From Clostridia bacterium (GTDB lineage Bacteria; Bacillota; Clostridia; UBA1212; DUPL01): a DNA stretch of 64,000 nt. The stretch lies in assembly GCA_050951325.1 (NCBI GenBank), contig JBMNIW010000012.1, positions 544,001 to 608,000 of the forward strand, given 5' to 3'. A program made the translations under genes and the position numbers. Numbering within the stretch: the first letter of the stretch is position 1; every line of letters starts with the position of its first letter. The notes beneath the pieces are model-generated. The model saw only the letters and a list, made by a program, of their open reading frames with translations. It was not told the origin of the DNA and searched no databases. Below are positions 8,504 through 17,791 of this stretch, in pieces.

Positions 8504-10435
8504 CCTGACTTTGGTAATAAGCATTGGAAAATGGTGCAAACTAAATGGTAATAGAAGGATGCTCAAGAAAAAGCATCCTTTGTTTGAGTATAATAACTAT
8601 AATTTGTAGTTTAAAATTGAATTTACTTGCGATTTCGATAAGAAGTAGTTCGTGAGAGGGAGATCGAATTTGATTGTAAGTTCATCTATTAACTCTGATG
8701 AAGTAGTTAAGTTGATAAACCTATTATCCACATCGGTAAGATTAAATTTTTTTATAAACTTATATATTTCAGAAGTTGAAAATTTATTCTCCAACACCTT
8801 AAATTGTAACAATCGCTCTAAAAGAACAGCGCAATAGCAAATAAGAAAGTGTCCTTTGATTGAATCAACTTTTTGAAGAAAAACAGGCCTAGCATCTAGG
8901 TCCGACTTCATTATCTTGAACGATTCTTCTATACGCCAAAGGTTATGATATGTTTCGTAGATATCTAGATCATTCATCTTTATTTCAGATGTAACAAGAA
9001 GGTTGTATCCTGCAAGTTCCAGATCTTCGTTTATTGCATCATTGTTTATTACAGCCGCGGCTTTATTTCCTTTTTCATCTACGAACTTAACATATTTAGC
9101 AGACTCTCCGTATTCTGCCTTCTTTGCTTGAGAATGTGTAAGAAACTTTGCTTTTTCAACCATTTTGTTTATTTCACATCTTTTTTTATATGCTAAAGAT
9201 GGATTGTATGTTAAGAGTCTCTTTTCTGTAAATTCTATAGTATAGACTTTTCCTTCATATGTTACATCATACGGAAACTTATCAATACATGTTTTATAAC
9301 GAAATAAAATATTGCCGTTTTTATCTTTAACATCTTTAAAATCTCTATCAAGAAGCACCCATTTCTTCTCTTTATCCGGAAGCTTTTTTACTGCTTTTGA
9401 AAATATGTAACCATCACCATTCTTTTTTGCATACGCTATGTTGTTGGCACAGTTAAGTCCTTTATCTGCTACATGAATGGTTCTTCCTGTTATGTTATTT
9501 TGCTTTTTAAGATTGCTTATTACATCTCTTATTATAGGTTTTTCAGATTCGTTACCAGGATATATCTTCATTCCTACTGGTATTTGATTGCGATCTAGTA
9601 ATAAACCAAGGCCTACTAGAGGTTTCCTTTGATTTTCTTTACTTACACCATTTTTTTTAAAATCATCTTCTCTATCAATTTCAAAATAAAAATTTGTACA
9701 ATCGAAATAGGTTTTAGTAGTATCTAATTTATATATTTTATCAACCTGTGTAGTAAATATTTCAACAATCTTTTCGTAATTGTTGCCTAGAAAAGCTAAG
9801 CCATCTAGTAGCTGATCGTATGAAAAATTATAGGTTTGATAAAGATTAGGTAGCACTTCATGGAATGTCCTATATTTACTGCAGGGATTAACGCTTCTTG
9901 CGTAAATAAGAGATGATAGTAAATCATAAAGATCGAATTCAAACCTAGTAATTAACTTAAAATAGTCGATAAAGTGCTTAATGTTTAATTTCTCCATAAT
10001 ACTTTTCAAAGGAAAATAACCTAGGTGAATAAGTGGAGATTTAGTTGAGATTTTTTTTACGCTTTCTTCTTTTCTATTTTTATTTAATTCATCAACTACC
10101 TTTTGATAATGGGCAATAGGATCTTCTATGCCTTTTTCTTTAAGTGTTTCTATAGACCCTAATGATTTATGACAACGATGAGCAGTGCCCTTTTTTGCAG
10201 GATCGTAAAAACTTTCATAAATTGCAATGTATGTTCGATTTTTCTGCTTTGACTTTTTCAAAAAATATGCCACAACATTCCCTCCAAACTTGCACCATGT
10301 AGCACCATTATTATCTCATAAAAAAATATTTGTGTCAAGTTTTTACGCATAAAAAAACCCTATATTTGGGCGTTTGTTGATGATTATTATCTATTTTTGT
10401 CCTAATTATTCATGGTGCGAACTACGAAACAAGGG
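8504..10435 (-). mobile_element. IS1634-family insertion sequence
   Basis: Single transposase. Imperfect terminal IRs CCTGACTTTGGTAATAAGCA and (reverse complement) CCCTTGTTTCGTAGTTCGCA match at 12/20. Both ends coincide with the flanking repeat boundaries. Visibly more AT-rich than the host genes. Confidence 0.85.
8597..10273 (-). CDS. IS1634-family DDE transposase
   Basis: YFDCTNFYFE, GVSKE, VADKGLN, YHNLWRIEESFKIMKSDL and HFLICYCA motifs; intact 558-aa ORF with GTG start. Confidence 0.92.
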   Translation of the reverse strand: MAYFLKKSKQKNRTYIAIYESFYDPAKKGTAHRCHKSLGSIETLKEKGIEDPIAHYQKVVDELNKNRKEESVKKISTKSPLIHLGYFPLKSIMEKLNIKHFIDYFKLITRFEFDLYDLLSSLIYARSVNPCSKYRTFHEVLPNLYQTYNFSYDQLLDGLAFLGNNYEKIVEIFTTQVDKIYKLDTTKTYFDCTNFYFEIDREDDFKKNGVSKENQRKPLVGLGLLLDRNQIPVGMKIYPGNESEKPIIRDVISNLKKQNNITGRTIHVADKGLNCANNIAYAKKNGDGYIFSKAVKKLPDKEKKWVLLDRDFKDVKDKNGNILFRYKTCIDKFPYDVTYEGKVYTIEFTEKRLLTYNPSLAYKKRCEINKMVEKAKFLTHSQAKKAEYGESAKYVKFVDEKGNKAAAVINNDAINEDLELAGYNLLVTSEIKMNDLDIYETYHNLWRIEESFKIMKSDLDARPVFLQKVDSIKGHFLICYCAVLLERLLQFKVLENKFSTSEIYKFIKKFNLTDVDNRFINLTTSSELIDELTIKFDLPLTNYFLSKSQVNSILNYKL

Positions 10436-10482
10436 CAACTTTCTTAAACTTATCCAATGCCATAACCTCCTGATTATTGTAT

Positions 10483-10671
10483 TTATTCCTCCTCAGGAAT
10501 AACCAGGGCACAAATAATATAGATTAGAATTCCGGTTCCATACGCCAGTGTTAGAACTGCCCAAAGAAGTCTTACGATTGTAGGATCCAAATTCAAGTAG
10601 TCAGCTATACCTGAACATACCCCCGCAAGCTTTCTGTCGTTTCTTTTCCTGTATATTCTTTTCTGGCTCAT
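10483..10671 (-). CDS. pspC: PspC domain protein (copy 2)
   Basis: Differs from copy 1 by a single I/L substitution. Confidence 0.9.
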   Translation of the reverse strand: MSQKRIYRKRNDRKLAGVCSGIADYLNLDPTIVRLLWAVLTLAYGTGILIYIICALVIPEEE

Positions 10672-10807
10672 GTTGTTCCCCTTTAAAGTGATTTCAAAAA
10701 AATTATATCACACAATTTTTATGCGAACAAGACGAGATAAACTTTCTCATAATAAAAAAGCTGCACATTGTCTATTCACAATGTGCAGTCTCTTTGAGGA
10801 CAAATTG

Positions 10808-11443
10808 TTATTTTACTCTTCTTCTCTTTAAGGGTACAAAACCAGTCAATGTAAGTACAACCAGAGGAATCATACCCATGTCGGATGTTTCTGGATTTTG
10901 CTTTGCAACAAATCTGATATCGGTGATAACAAAACCGTGTGGAAATGCTGGATCCAGATAGTTTGCTACAAATACCTCTCCATTGTAATCTGAATTAAGC
11001 TCCAGAGTAACATCAACTCTTCCCTGCCAACCTCCGGACACACTGCCTTCAAATACATACTTGGTAATTACACCTGCATCCTCGTCGCTTACTTTCTCGC
11101 CTCCTGCCGTTTGCATGGCTCCTTTGTTTGTAAAGCCAAACGCTGTATTATAGCTGGCATAATCCACATCTTGGCTTCTTGCATATGTAACCACAATGGC
11201 TTCGTATTTGCTCAGATCTATCTCTCCTAGACTTGCATAAGCCCCAAAGTTACACATGGCAATAACATGCTTGTCATCGTAGCCTGCAGCCGGCCACAGC
11301 CCCAAGGGTGAATTTTGGTTAAACCCTGCCTTGCCTTCAACTTTTGATATATCGATTACCAGATCTTCGTTTGCCGATACACCAAAAGAAAACAAGCACA
11401 ACATTAACATGAATGCTAACACAAAGGCAAAAATCCTTCTCAT
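10808..11443 (-). CDS. Secreted/cell-surface protein with NPETSD motif (copy 2)
   Basis: GGAGG RBS before ATG 11443 (MRRIFAF); 211 aa; about 36 substitutions versus copy 1 by manual count. Confidence 0.75.
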   Translation of the reverse strand: MRRIFAFVLAFMLMLCLFSFGVSANEDLVIDISKVEGKAGFNQNSPLGLWPAAGYDDKHVIAMCNFGAYASLGEIDLSKYEAIVVTYARSQDVDYASYNTAFGFTNKGAMQTAGGEKVSDEDAGVITKYVFEGSVSGGWQGRVDVTLELNSDYNGEVFVANYLDPAFPHGFVITDIRFVAKQNPETSDMGMIPLVVLTLTGFVPLKRRRVK

Positions 11444-11598
11444 TATGTACACCTCCGAAGATTTTTTTGTTAAGTTAATTATATTCCATTGGTACGTAAA
11501 GTCAACCTTTACTCGGTACATTTTATTAATAATTATACGCAATATTACTGCTATAGCAAATATTCTAATCCTGGTGCCTTTTTTACTGTGAACAACAA

Positions 11599-11670
11599 CG
11601 GAAAAAGTCAATAATATTAAACGGAAATTTACAAGAATATATGGAAAAATACTGTTAATATTATTATAAT
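11599..11670 (+). promoter_or_regulatory. Promoter with (C/T)GGAAA direct repeats, putative AraC-type sites
   Basis: CGGAAA at 11599 and 11622, TGGAAA at 11642 (the -35 position), TATAAT at 11665; an AraC gene lies downstream. Confidence 0.45.
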
Positions 11671-11701
11671 ATTATCAATGATTCTGGGGAAGGGAGCGAA
11701 A

Positions 11702-14122
11702 ATGAGAAAATATTTGATGCTTTGCACAAGTCTTTTGTTAATTGTTTTACTTACGGTCACCTTGGGAAAGGAAGGAGAAGACATGCACGGTGGACTGATT
11801 GAAGGACAGCGCTCCGCAGTTGCCATGTACAATGAGACAGATAATTCATTTGGTATGGCCATGGACAAGGGAGACGCACTGGGGGTAAGATTCCATGCTA
11901 CAACCGAGTTTGACGGCTTGGAATTTTATGTTACAAATGCTTTTATCCAAAGGAGTGTAATGCAATTCGACCTCTATGAATGGAAAGGAACATATAAGCT
12001 GACGGTGTCAGGCCATTCTCTTGTGACATTAGAGGCAACACGATTTGCACGAAATGAATGGGCAAGTTTCTCATTTGACAATGTTGTTAAGAAAGGGGAA
12101 TACCTGGCAGTATTGAGTGGTTTTGACGGCAATGTGCAGCTGGGCAAAGTCTCGTTAGATAAAGAGAATATAGCCCTTTATTTTAACGGTTTTGATATGG
12201 CAGGAGCCTTAAGGTCTAGGATAAATTACATACATACACCAACAGTACCGTTTGCAAAACTGTCAAAGGCTGAGGAATCTGAAAATGTAAATATAGTGAG
12301 GCCGGACACATTTGTAGCTACTGACGGGCTGGGCAGGACAGTGTCTGGTTATGGTGAAGTGGGAGATGTAAGAGAAGGAAAATATGTAGGCATGTTTTTC
12401 TGGACATGGCATGCTTCTTTTTCGGGCACAGTGCCAAGAAATGTAACGGAGATATTAAAGGAACATCCCGACATCATACATGACTACAATGCAAAGCAGT
12501 GGGGTGGACCAAACGATTCATACTTCTGGAACGAGCCTATATATGGATACTACAATGGAAAGGATCCTTGGGTGTATAGAAAACAGGCAGAGCTTCTTGC
12601 CGACGCAGGAGTAGATGTAATAATATTTGACAACAGCAACAATGTAGCTACTTTCATCGATGGTGTTAAAGTGCTGCTGGAAACATTTGCACAGGCAAGA
12701 GCTGATGGTGTGAACACTCCCCAGATATCTTTTCTAATGAATTTTTTTGAAGCAGACTGGTCGAGCACCGTAATCCAGTTGAAGGAATTGTATAAAGAGA
12801 TATACAAACCAGGAAAGTACAAGGAGCTGTGGTTTTACTGGAAAGGAAAACCTCTGATGATGGCATACCCTGACAAACTGAATCCAAATGATGCGCTGGA
12901 AGCGGAGATTCTGGAGTTCTTTACATACAGGCCGGCACAGCCTTCCTACACAATTGGGCAGATCCGCCCAAACCAATGGGGATGGTGTTCTGTTTATCCT
13001 CAGCAGGTATACAAGGATGAAAACGGCAATCCGGAGCAGATAACAGTCAGCGTGGCACAAAACCACAATGACAAGCGCGGGCTGACTGCCATGAACGGTG
13101 AAAGGGTATTCGGAAGACACTGGATAAATGCAAAGAAGGATTATGATACCAGAGAAAATGCCATTCTTTATGGAGCGAACTTTGAAGAGCAGTTTAATTA
13201 CGCTCTTGAAGTGGATCCGGAATTCATATTCATTACAGGCTGGAATGAATGGAGAGCGGGAAGATACAGGGAATGGTGCGGTGTTCAAAATGCATTTCCC
13301 GATCAGTTCAATGACGCCTATTCAAGAGATATTGAGCCTTCCAAAGGGGATCTTAAAGACCACTACTATTATCAGCTTGTATCGTTTATTAGAAAATACA
13401 AGGGTGTGGAAAAACCTGAGAGTGCATCAGCAGGCAAAACTATTGACATATATTCCGACCAGGACATGTGGGAGGATGTAAAACCATATTTTGCAGCATA
13501 TGGCGGTAATACATTCCACAGAAACAGCCCTGGTTACGTTGGATACAACTATAAAAACACAACTGGAAGAAACGATATTACAGGGGCAAAAGTAACATTC
13601 GACAAGGATAATGTGTATTTCATGGTTGAGACCAAGGAGAATCTTACTCCACATACGGATCCTGCCTGGATGAGACTGTTTATAGATGTAGAAGGGCAGA
13701 ATGGACCTGACTGGGAAACTTTCGAGTACGTAGTAAACAGGGTAAATCCAGGAGAAAAAGCAGTACTGGAGAAATCTACTGGTGGATGGAATTGGGAGAA
13801 AGTCGGTGATGTGGATTACGCTGTTAAAGACAACAGACTTCAGATAAAAGTACCAAAATCCCTGCTGGGTATTGTGGGTGAAAAGTTTGTAATTAATTTC
13901 AAATGGTCCGACAATATGCAGAACGAAGGTGATATTATGGACTTTTATGTAAACGGTGATGTGGCTCCAGGCGGCAGGTTCAAGTACCAGTATGCTAGTT
14001 ACGAGCTATACAAGGAATCTACTTTTTCTTTAGGAAAAGTAATTACCATTGTTGGTGCTGTTCTTTTTGTAGGTCTTGCGGTACTGTCAGGTATTTTGGT
14101 TGTAAAGAAAAGAAAGAAGTAA
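11702..14122 (+). CDS. Secreted, C-terminally anchored glycoside hydrolase-like protein (GH99/GH71-like barrel)
   Basis: Signal peptide; VGMFFWTWH, WNEPIYGYY, LADAGVDVIIFD, FITGWNEW and SRDIEP motifs; C-terminal TM + KKRKK. Confidence 0.65.
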   Translation: MRKYLMLCTSLLLIVLLTVTLGKEGEDMHGGLIEGQRSAVAMYNETDNSFGMAMDKGDALGVRFHATTEFDGLEFYVTNAFIQRSVMQFDLYEWKGTYKLTVSGHSLVTLEATRFARNEWASFSFDNVVKKGEYLAVLSGFDGNVQLGKVSLDKENIALYFNGFDMAGALRSRINYIHTPTVPFAKLSKAEESENVNIVRPDTFVATDGLGRTVSGYGEVGDVREGKYVGMFFWTWHASFSGTVPRNVTEILKEHPDIIHDYNAKQWGGPNDSYFWNEPIYGYYNGKDPWVYRKQAELLADAGVDVIIFDNSNNVATFIDGVKVLLETFAQARADGVNTPQISFLMNFFEADWSSTVIQLKELYKEIYKPGKYKELWFYWKGKPLMMAYPDKLNPNDALEAEILEFFTYRPAQPSYTIGQIRPNQWGWCSVYPQQVYKDENGNPEQITVSVAQNHNDKRGLTAMNGERVFGRHWINAKKDYDTRENAILYGANFEEQFNYALEVDPEFIFITGWNEWRAGRYREWCGVQNAFPDQFNDAYSRDIEPSKGDLKDHYYYQLVSFIRKYKGVEKPESASAGKTIDIYSDQDMWEDVKPYFAAYGGNTFHRNSPGYVGYNYKNTTGRNDITGAKVTFDKDNVYFMVETKENLTPHTDPAWMRLFIDVEGQNGPDWETFEYVVNRVNPGEKAVLEKSTGGWNWEKVGDVDYAVKDNRLQIKVPKSLLGIVGEKFVINFKWSDNMQNEGDIMDFYVNGDVAPGGRFKYQYASYELYKESTFSLGKVITIVGAVLFVGLAVLSGILVVKKRKK

Positions 14123-14137
14123 TTTGGGAGGGATAAT

Positions 14138-14842
14138 ATGAAGAAAGCAATTATTCTTGTGCTTTTAATTTCATTGTTTGTGTTTTCAGGATGCGCCGAC
14201 AAGAATGCAGGTCAAGAATCAACGCCGACGCCTGAGGCGACACATACTCCAGATCCCACCAGTACACCCACACCAACACAGGAGCCAACCCCAAAGCCAA
14301 CTCCGATGCCTACAGTTGAACCTGGAACAGGTAAATATGCAGGAGAAGTGGACGAAACCAATGGCATAAAAGCGGATTTTTACGAAGGAGGCTGGGACGG
14401 CCAACAGGCACACAGGGTGAATGGAAGTCTTTGCATTCAGTTTTTTGCCACCACAACCTTTGACAAAGTTGGGGTTTGCATGCCTACTTGGACTCAAAAG
14501 CAGGGTCATGCGGCAACAATTTCTCTTTACGCTTGGCAAGGTTCCTTTGATGCAACGTTAATGAAAGATCCTATTGCCACTAAGGAAGTGGCAGATTGGG
14601 CGGATGGTGTGGAAGTTCTTCTGGAACTGGATGAAGAAATGCCGGATGGCGAGTATTTGTATGAGATATATAACGACAATACTAATAATGTCGGTATATG
14701 GTATAAGCCTGGTACTGTAGACTATGTGAGAACGTATTACAACAATGAGATTTGGGATACTGGGACACCCAGGTTGGTTGTGTATTATACAAAAACGCCT
14801 GAGCATTTGCATGGGCCAATTCAGGATTCCGGTCTTGAGTAA
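14138..14842 (+). CDS. Lipoprotein with Pro/Thr linker and putative carbohydrate-binding domain
   Basis: Lipobox FSGC; PT-rich linker; domain resembles the N-terminal domain of the upstream GH-like protein. Confidence 0.7.
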   Translation: MKKAIILVLLISLFVFSGCADKNAGQESTPTPEATHTPDPTSTPTPTQEPTPKPTPMPTVEPGTGKYAGEVDETNGIKADFYEGGWDGQQAHRVNGSLCIQFFATTTFDKVGVCMPTWTQKQGHAATISLYAWQGSFDATLMKDPIATKEVADWADGVEVLLELDEEMPDGEYLYEIYNDNTNNVGIWYKPGTVDYVRTYYNNEIWDTGTPRLVVYYTKTPEHLHGPIQDSGLE

Positions 14843-14860
14843 ATTTCAAGAGGTGACGAC

Positions 14861-15955
14861 ATGTATGGAATGGATGAGTTTTTCGAAAGTGTAAAAGAAT
14901 TGAATGAGGAAGAACTGTTCTACAAGGAGTATTATAGAATAAAGAAAGAGAGTCCGGAAAAACTTGGTGAATATCTCGAAATGCTGGATAGGGAAATGAT
15001 GCAGGAAAAGGGGCTGTGGCTTCCTGAAATCAGGCAGACTTCTGCAAGTTACTTTACCGAGTATTTTGTAGAGGACATTAGAAAGAATGTGGAGATAAGC
15101 ATACATAACAGATACACGCCTCTTTTCTTGCACAAGCATGCCTTTTTTGAGATGGTTTATGTATATTCAGGTCAATGTGAAAATACTATTGATGGCAACA
15201 AGATTGTCATGAACAAGGGGGATATTTGTATAATTGCACCCGATGTAAACCATACGATGGGCGTATTTGATGACGACAGCATTGTTTTTAATATTATCAT
15301 TCGAAGGAGCACGTTCAGGGAAATATTTGAAGGCATTTTTACCGATGACACGGCTTTGTCGCTGTTTTTTAACAGAATTCTATACTCAAATACTACAAAC
15401 AGTCACTTGCTGTTTGTTTCGGAAGACTATGAGTCTCTGCACAGCTGTATTAAGTTCCTGATTTGGGAAGGCAGCAAAAAAGAAAAGTATTACAAGCCTG
15501 CCATGGAGAATCTATTAAGGACAGCCTTTTGCTTAATGCTTAGAAGACAGGAATGCATGGTTGTTTCAAGCTCCCTCACTACCGAAGATCCGGAAATTCT
15601 TCACATTCTAAGGTATATTCAGGATAATTATAAAACTGTGAACCTGAACGACCTTTCAGACAAGTTCAAGTATTCCCCTGATTATATGGGGAAACTGATA
15701 AAAAAGAATACAGGCACCACGTTCATAAAAATCCTGAGGGATATAAAGTTTAAAAAAGCGTGCAACATGCTTTTGAATACAAATCTAAATGTCATTGATA
15801 TTTGCTATGAGGTGGGGTATGAATCTGTTGAATATTTCAACAGGTCCTTCAAAAAGCTTTGCGGCATGACACCCACCGAATACAGAAAGCAGGCATCAAA
15901 TCTCAAAAACATACCTCCATCTCAAAGAAGTATTGAGTTAAATACGATTACCTAA
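14861..15955 (+). CDS. AraC-family transcriptional regulator
   Basis: Cupin HKHAFFEMVYV; C-terminal HTH with VGYESVEYFNRSFKK and TPTEYRK. Confidence 0.92.
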   Translation: MYGMDEFFESVKELNEEELFYKEYYRIKKESPEKLGEYLEMLDREMMQEKGLWLPEIRQTSASYFTEYFVEDIRKNVEISIHNRYTPLFLHKHAFFEMVYVYSGQCENTIDGNKIVMNKGDICIIAPDVNHTMGVFDDDSIVFNIIIRRSTFREIFEGIFTDDTALSLFFNRILYSNTTNSHLLFVSEDYESLHSCIKFLIWEGSKKEKYYKPAMENLLRTAFCLMLRRQECMVVSSSLTTEDPEILHILRYIQDNYKTVNLNDLSDKFKYSPDYMGKLIKKNTGTTFIKILRDIKFKKACNMLLNTNLNVIDICYEVGYESVEYFNRSFKKLCGMTPTEYRKQASNLKNIPPSQRSIELNTIT

Positions 15956-17067
15956 ACAAGTCTGCTGTTTATATTATTTATTACATAAAACCCATTTCTG
16001 TTGCAGGAGTCGTAGCGGTTATAAAAAAGCTCGCTTTGGTTTAAGTTCAGCTGACGCATTATGCCTCCTGCTTCCTCTATGATGATTTGACCCGCAGCGG
16101 TATCCCATTCCATAGTGTGTCCGTATCTGTAGTACACGTCCGCCTTTCCCTCTGCAATCCTGCACATTTTTATTGCGCTACCTTTTGAAACAAGCTTTTC
16201 AATCTTATGAATGTTTTCTGCAAGCAGTTTTTTCGTTTTATCATCAAAGCTGCTTTTGCTGTGCATGCATATGAGTCGATCCGTTCTATTGCTTACTGAG
16301 ATTCTTCTGTTTGCATCAAATATGTTTTCAAAAAACTCCTCGCTGGTTGATTTAAAAGTACCATGACCTCTTGCTGCATAGTACACTTTGTTAAACACAG
16401 GAATAAATATCAGGCCACAAACAGCTCTCTTCTTGTAAGAAAGGGCTATATTTATTGAAAACTCGTCATTCTTTTTAATAAACTCTTTTGTGCCGTCAAG
16501 AGGATCTATTATCAAGCAGTATGGATTTTTAACTCTTTCCTCTATGGTTTTGCTATCATACGTTTCCTCGGCAAGAATTGCATAATCGGGGTATGTTTCC
16601 ATTAAATAATTTGAAATAATGCTGTTTGACGCTCTGTCTGCCTCGGTAACTGGAGACGAATCTTCTTTGTAGGATACAACAAAATCCTTTTTGTAAATCT
16701 TGAGTATTGCCTTTGAGGCTTCAATTGCGCAGGTGGCAAAATGTTTTAGCATGTCCTCGTAGTCAAAATAATAAGGTTCTACGTAGTCGATAATGTTCTG
16801 CAGGTTGGTCGGTTCAATATCGTAAAATCCAGGTATCTGGGATGTGCCTACCGTAACTAGAGGTATGTTGCCCAGTTCCTGCTTAAGATAAATATTATTG
16901 TATAAATAACCGATAACAGTACAGCCTTGGCTGTTTAGATCCTTTATGGTTCCTATACTTATATTTTCTTTTGCACAAAAAGTTTTGATGCCTGACTTTG
17001 ACAGATGTTCGTTCAGGCTGTCCATTAGTTCGTACCCATCCGCAAACAGAATTACAGGGTTTTTCAT
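15952..17067 (-). CDS. cysQ: 3'(2'),5'-bisphosphate nucleotidase CysQ with ~100-aa N-terminal extension
   Basis: KEDSSPVTEAD, IIDPLDGTKEF, GSAIKMCRIAEG and EWDTAAG motifs. Confidence 0.85.
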   Translation of the reverse strand: MKNPVILFADGYELMDSLNEHLSKSGIKTFCAKENISIGTIKDLNSQGCTVIGYLYNNIYLKQELGNIPLVTVGTSQIPGFYDIEPTNLQNIIDYVEPYYFDYEDMLKHFATCAIEASKAILKIYKKDFVVSYKEDSSPVTEADRASNSIISNYLMETYPDYAILAEETYDSKTIEERVKNPYCLIIDPLDGTKEFIKKNDEFSINIALSYKKRAVCGLIFIPVFNKVYYAARGHGTFKSTSEEFFENIFDANRRISVSNRTDRLICMHSKSSFDDKTKKLLAENIHKIEKLVSKGSAIKMCRIAEGKADVYYRYGHTMEWDTAAGQIIIEEAGGIMRQLNLNQSELFYNRYDSCNRNGFYVINNINSRLV

Positions 17068-17071
17068 AAAA

Positions 17072-17665
17072 TCATTCCTTTAAATATCCTTTTTCAATAG
17101 AGTCTTTTATCATTTCATCTATGTTATTCCAAAGGTCTGGACATGCTTCCCTTAACACTCCTATTCGCTTGTATACCATTGCACTGTTCACATTGCCAAG
17201 TTTCCATGTATGACCTTCGGTGTAGTAGTTGAGTATGAAAGGTTGAAGTCTGTCCATGGCAGCAGCAAACTTTGCATCATAAGTCTCCATGGCTTCAAAC
17301 TCTTCCCACAACTCCCTTAGTTCCGTCCCTTGATTTTCAGGCAGCATCCCGAAAATTTTGTCTGCCGCTTCCTTCTCGCGTTTCTGCTTGTCCTTGTAGC
17401 CTTCGATGTCAAAGGCAAAGGTGTCTCCTGCATACACTTCAACAATATCGTGAATCAAAGCCATCTTGACAGCTCTTGCCAGGTCGACTTTGTCTGTATC
17501 ACAGTATTCATATAATATTGTACCCATTATAGCGATGTGCCATGAATGTTCTGCAGAATTTTCCCTTTTTGACTGGTCAATTATTGCACTTTGTCTCAAT
17601 ACTGTTTTTAGCCTGTCGATTTCCACAATGAAATCCAGCTGTTTTTGAAATCTATCCTTGTCCAT
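17072..17665 (-). CDS. HD-domain phosphohydrolase (YfbR/HDDC2-like)
   Basis: RENSAEHSWH, LIHDIVEVYAGD and DRLQP motifs; AGGA RBS before MDKDRF. Confidence 0.88.
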   Translation of the reverse strand: MDKDRFQKQLDFIVEIDRLKTVLRQSAIIDQSKRENSAEHSWHIAIMGTILYEYCDTDKVDLARAVKMALIHDIVEVYAGDTFAFDIEGYKDKQKREKEAADKIFGMLPENQGTELRELWEEFEAMETYDAKFAAAMDRLQPFILNYYTEGHTWKLGNVNSAMVYKRIGVLREACPDLWNNIDEMIKDSIEKGYLKE

Positions 17666-17726
17666 AAGCAATCCTTTCCTAAAAAGATACCTCTTAATTG
17701 TAACAAAAAACTGGTCCGAGCACAAA

Positions 17727-17755
17727 TTGACATCTTGCCCCGTTGGCTATATAAT
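17727..17755 (+). promoter_or_regulatory. Consensus sigma-A promoter
   Basis: TTGACA-17 nt-TATAAT upstream of the gene at 17792. Confidence 0.75.
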
Positions 17756-17791
17756 TTTCAGGAGTGAAAATTTTATTCATGGGAGAAGAAG

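Larger units (their letters stand above)
10436..11671. repeat. Direct repeat copy 2 (1236 bp), right flank of IS1634
   Basis: Begins immediately after the IS end (...AAGGG|CAACTTTC) and matches 7238-8503 with mosaic divergence. Confidence 0.9.

Noticed and set aside
8577-8590. Alternative IS left end CCTTTGTTT
   Set aside because: It resembles the right IR, but homology with the second repeat copy stops at 8503, so 8504 is the better boundary.
7238-11671. Composite transposon or CRISPR-like repeat
   Set aside because: One IS lies between two host-gene repeats, not two IS copies around cargo; there is no short repeat-spacer array.
14221-14315. ACACC/ACGCC-rich repeats
   Set aside because: They encode an ordinary Pro/Thr linker.
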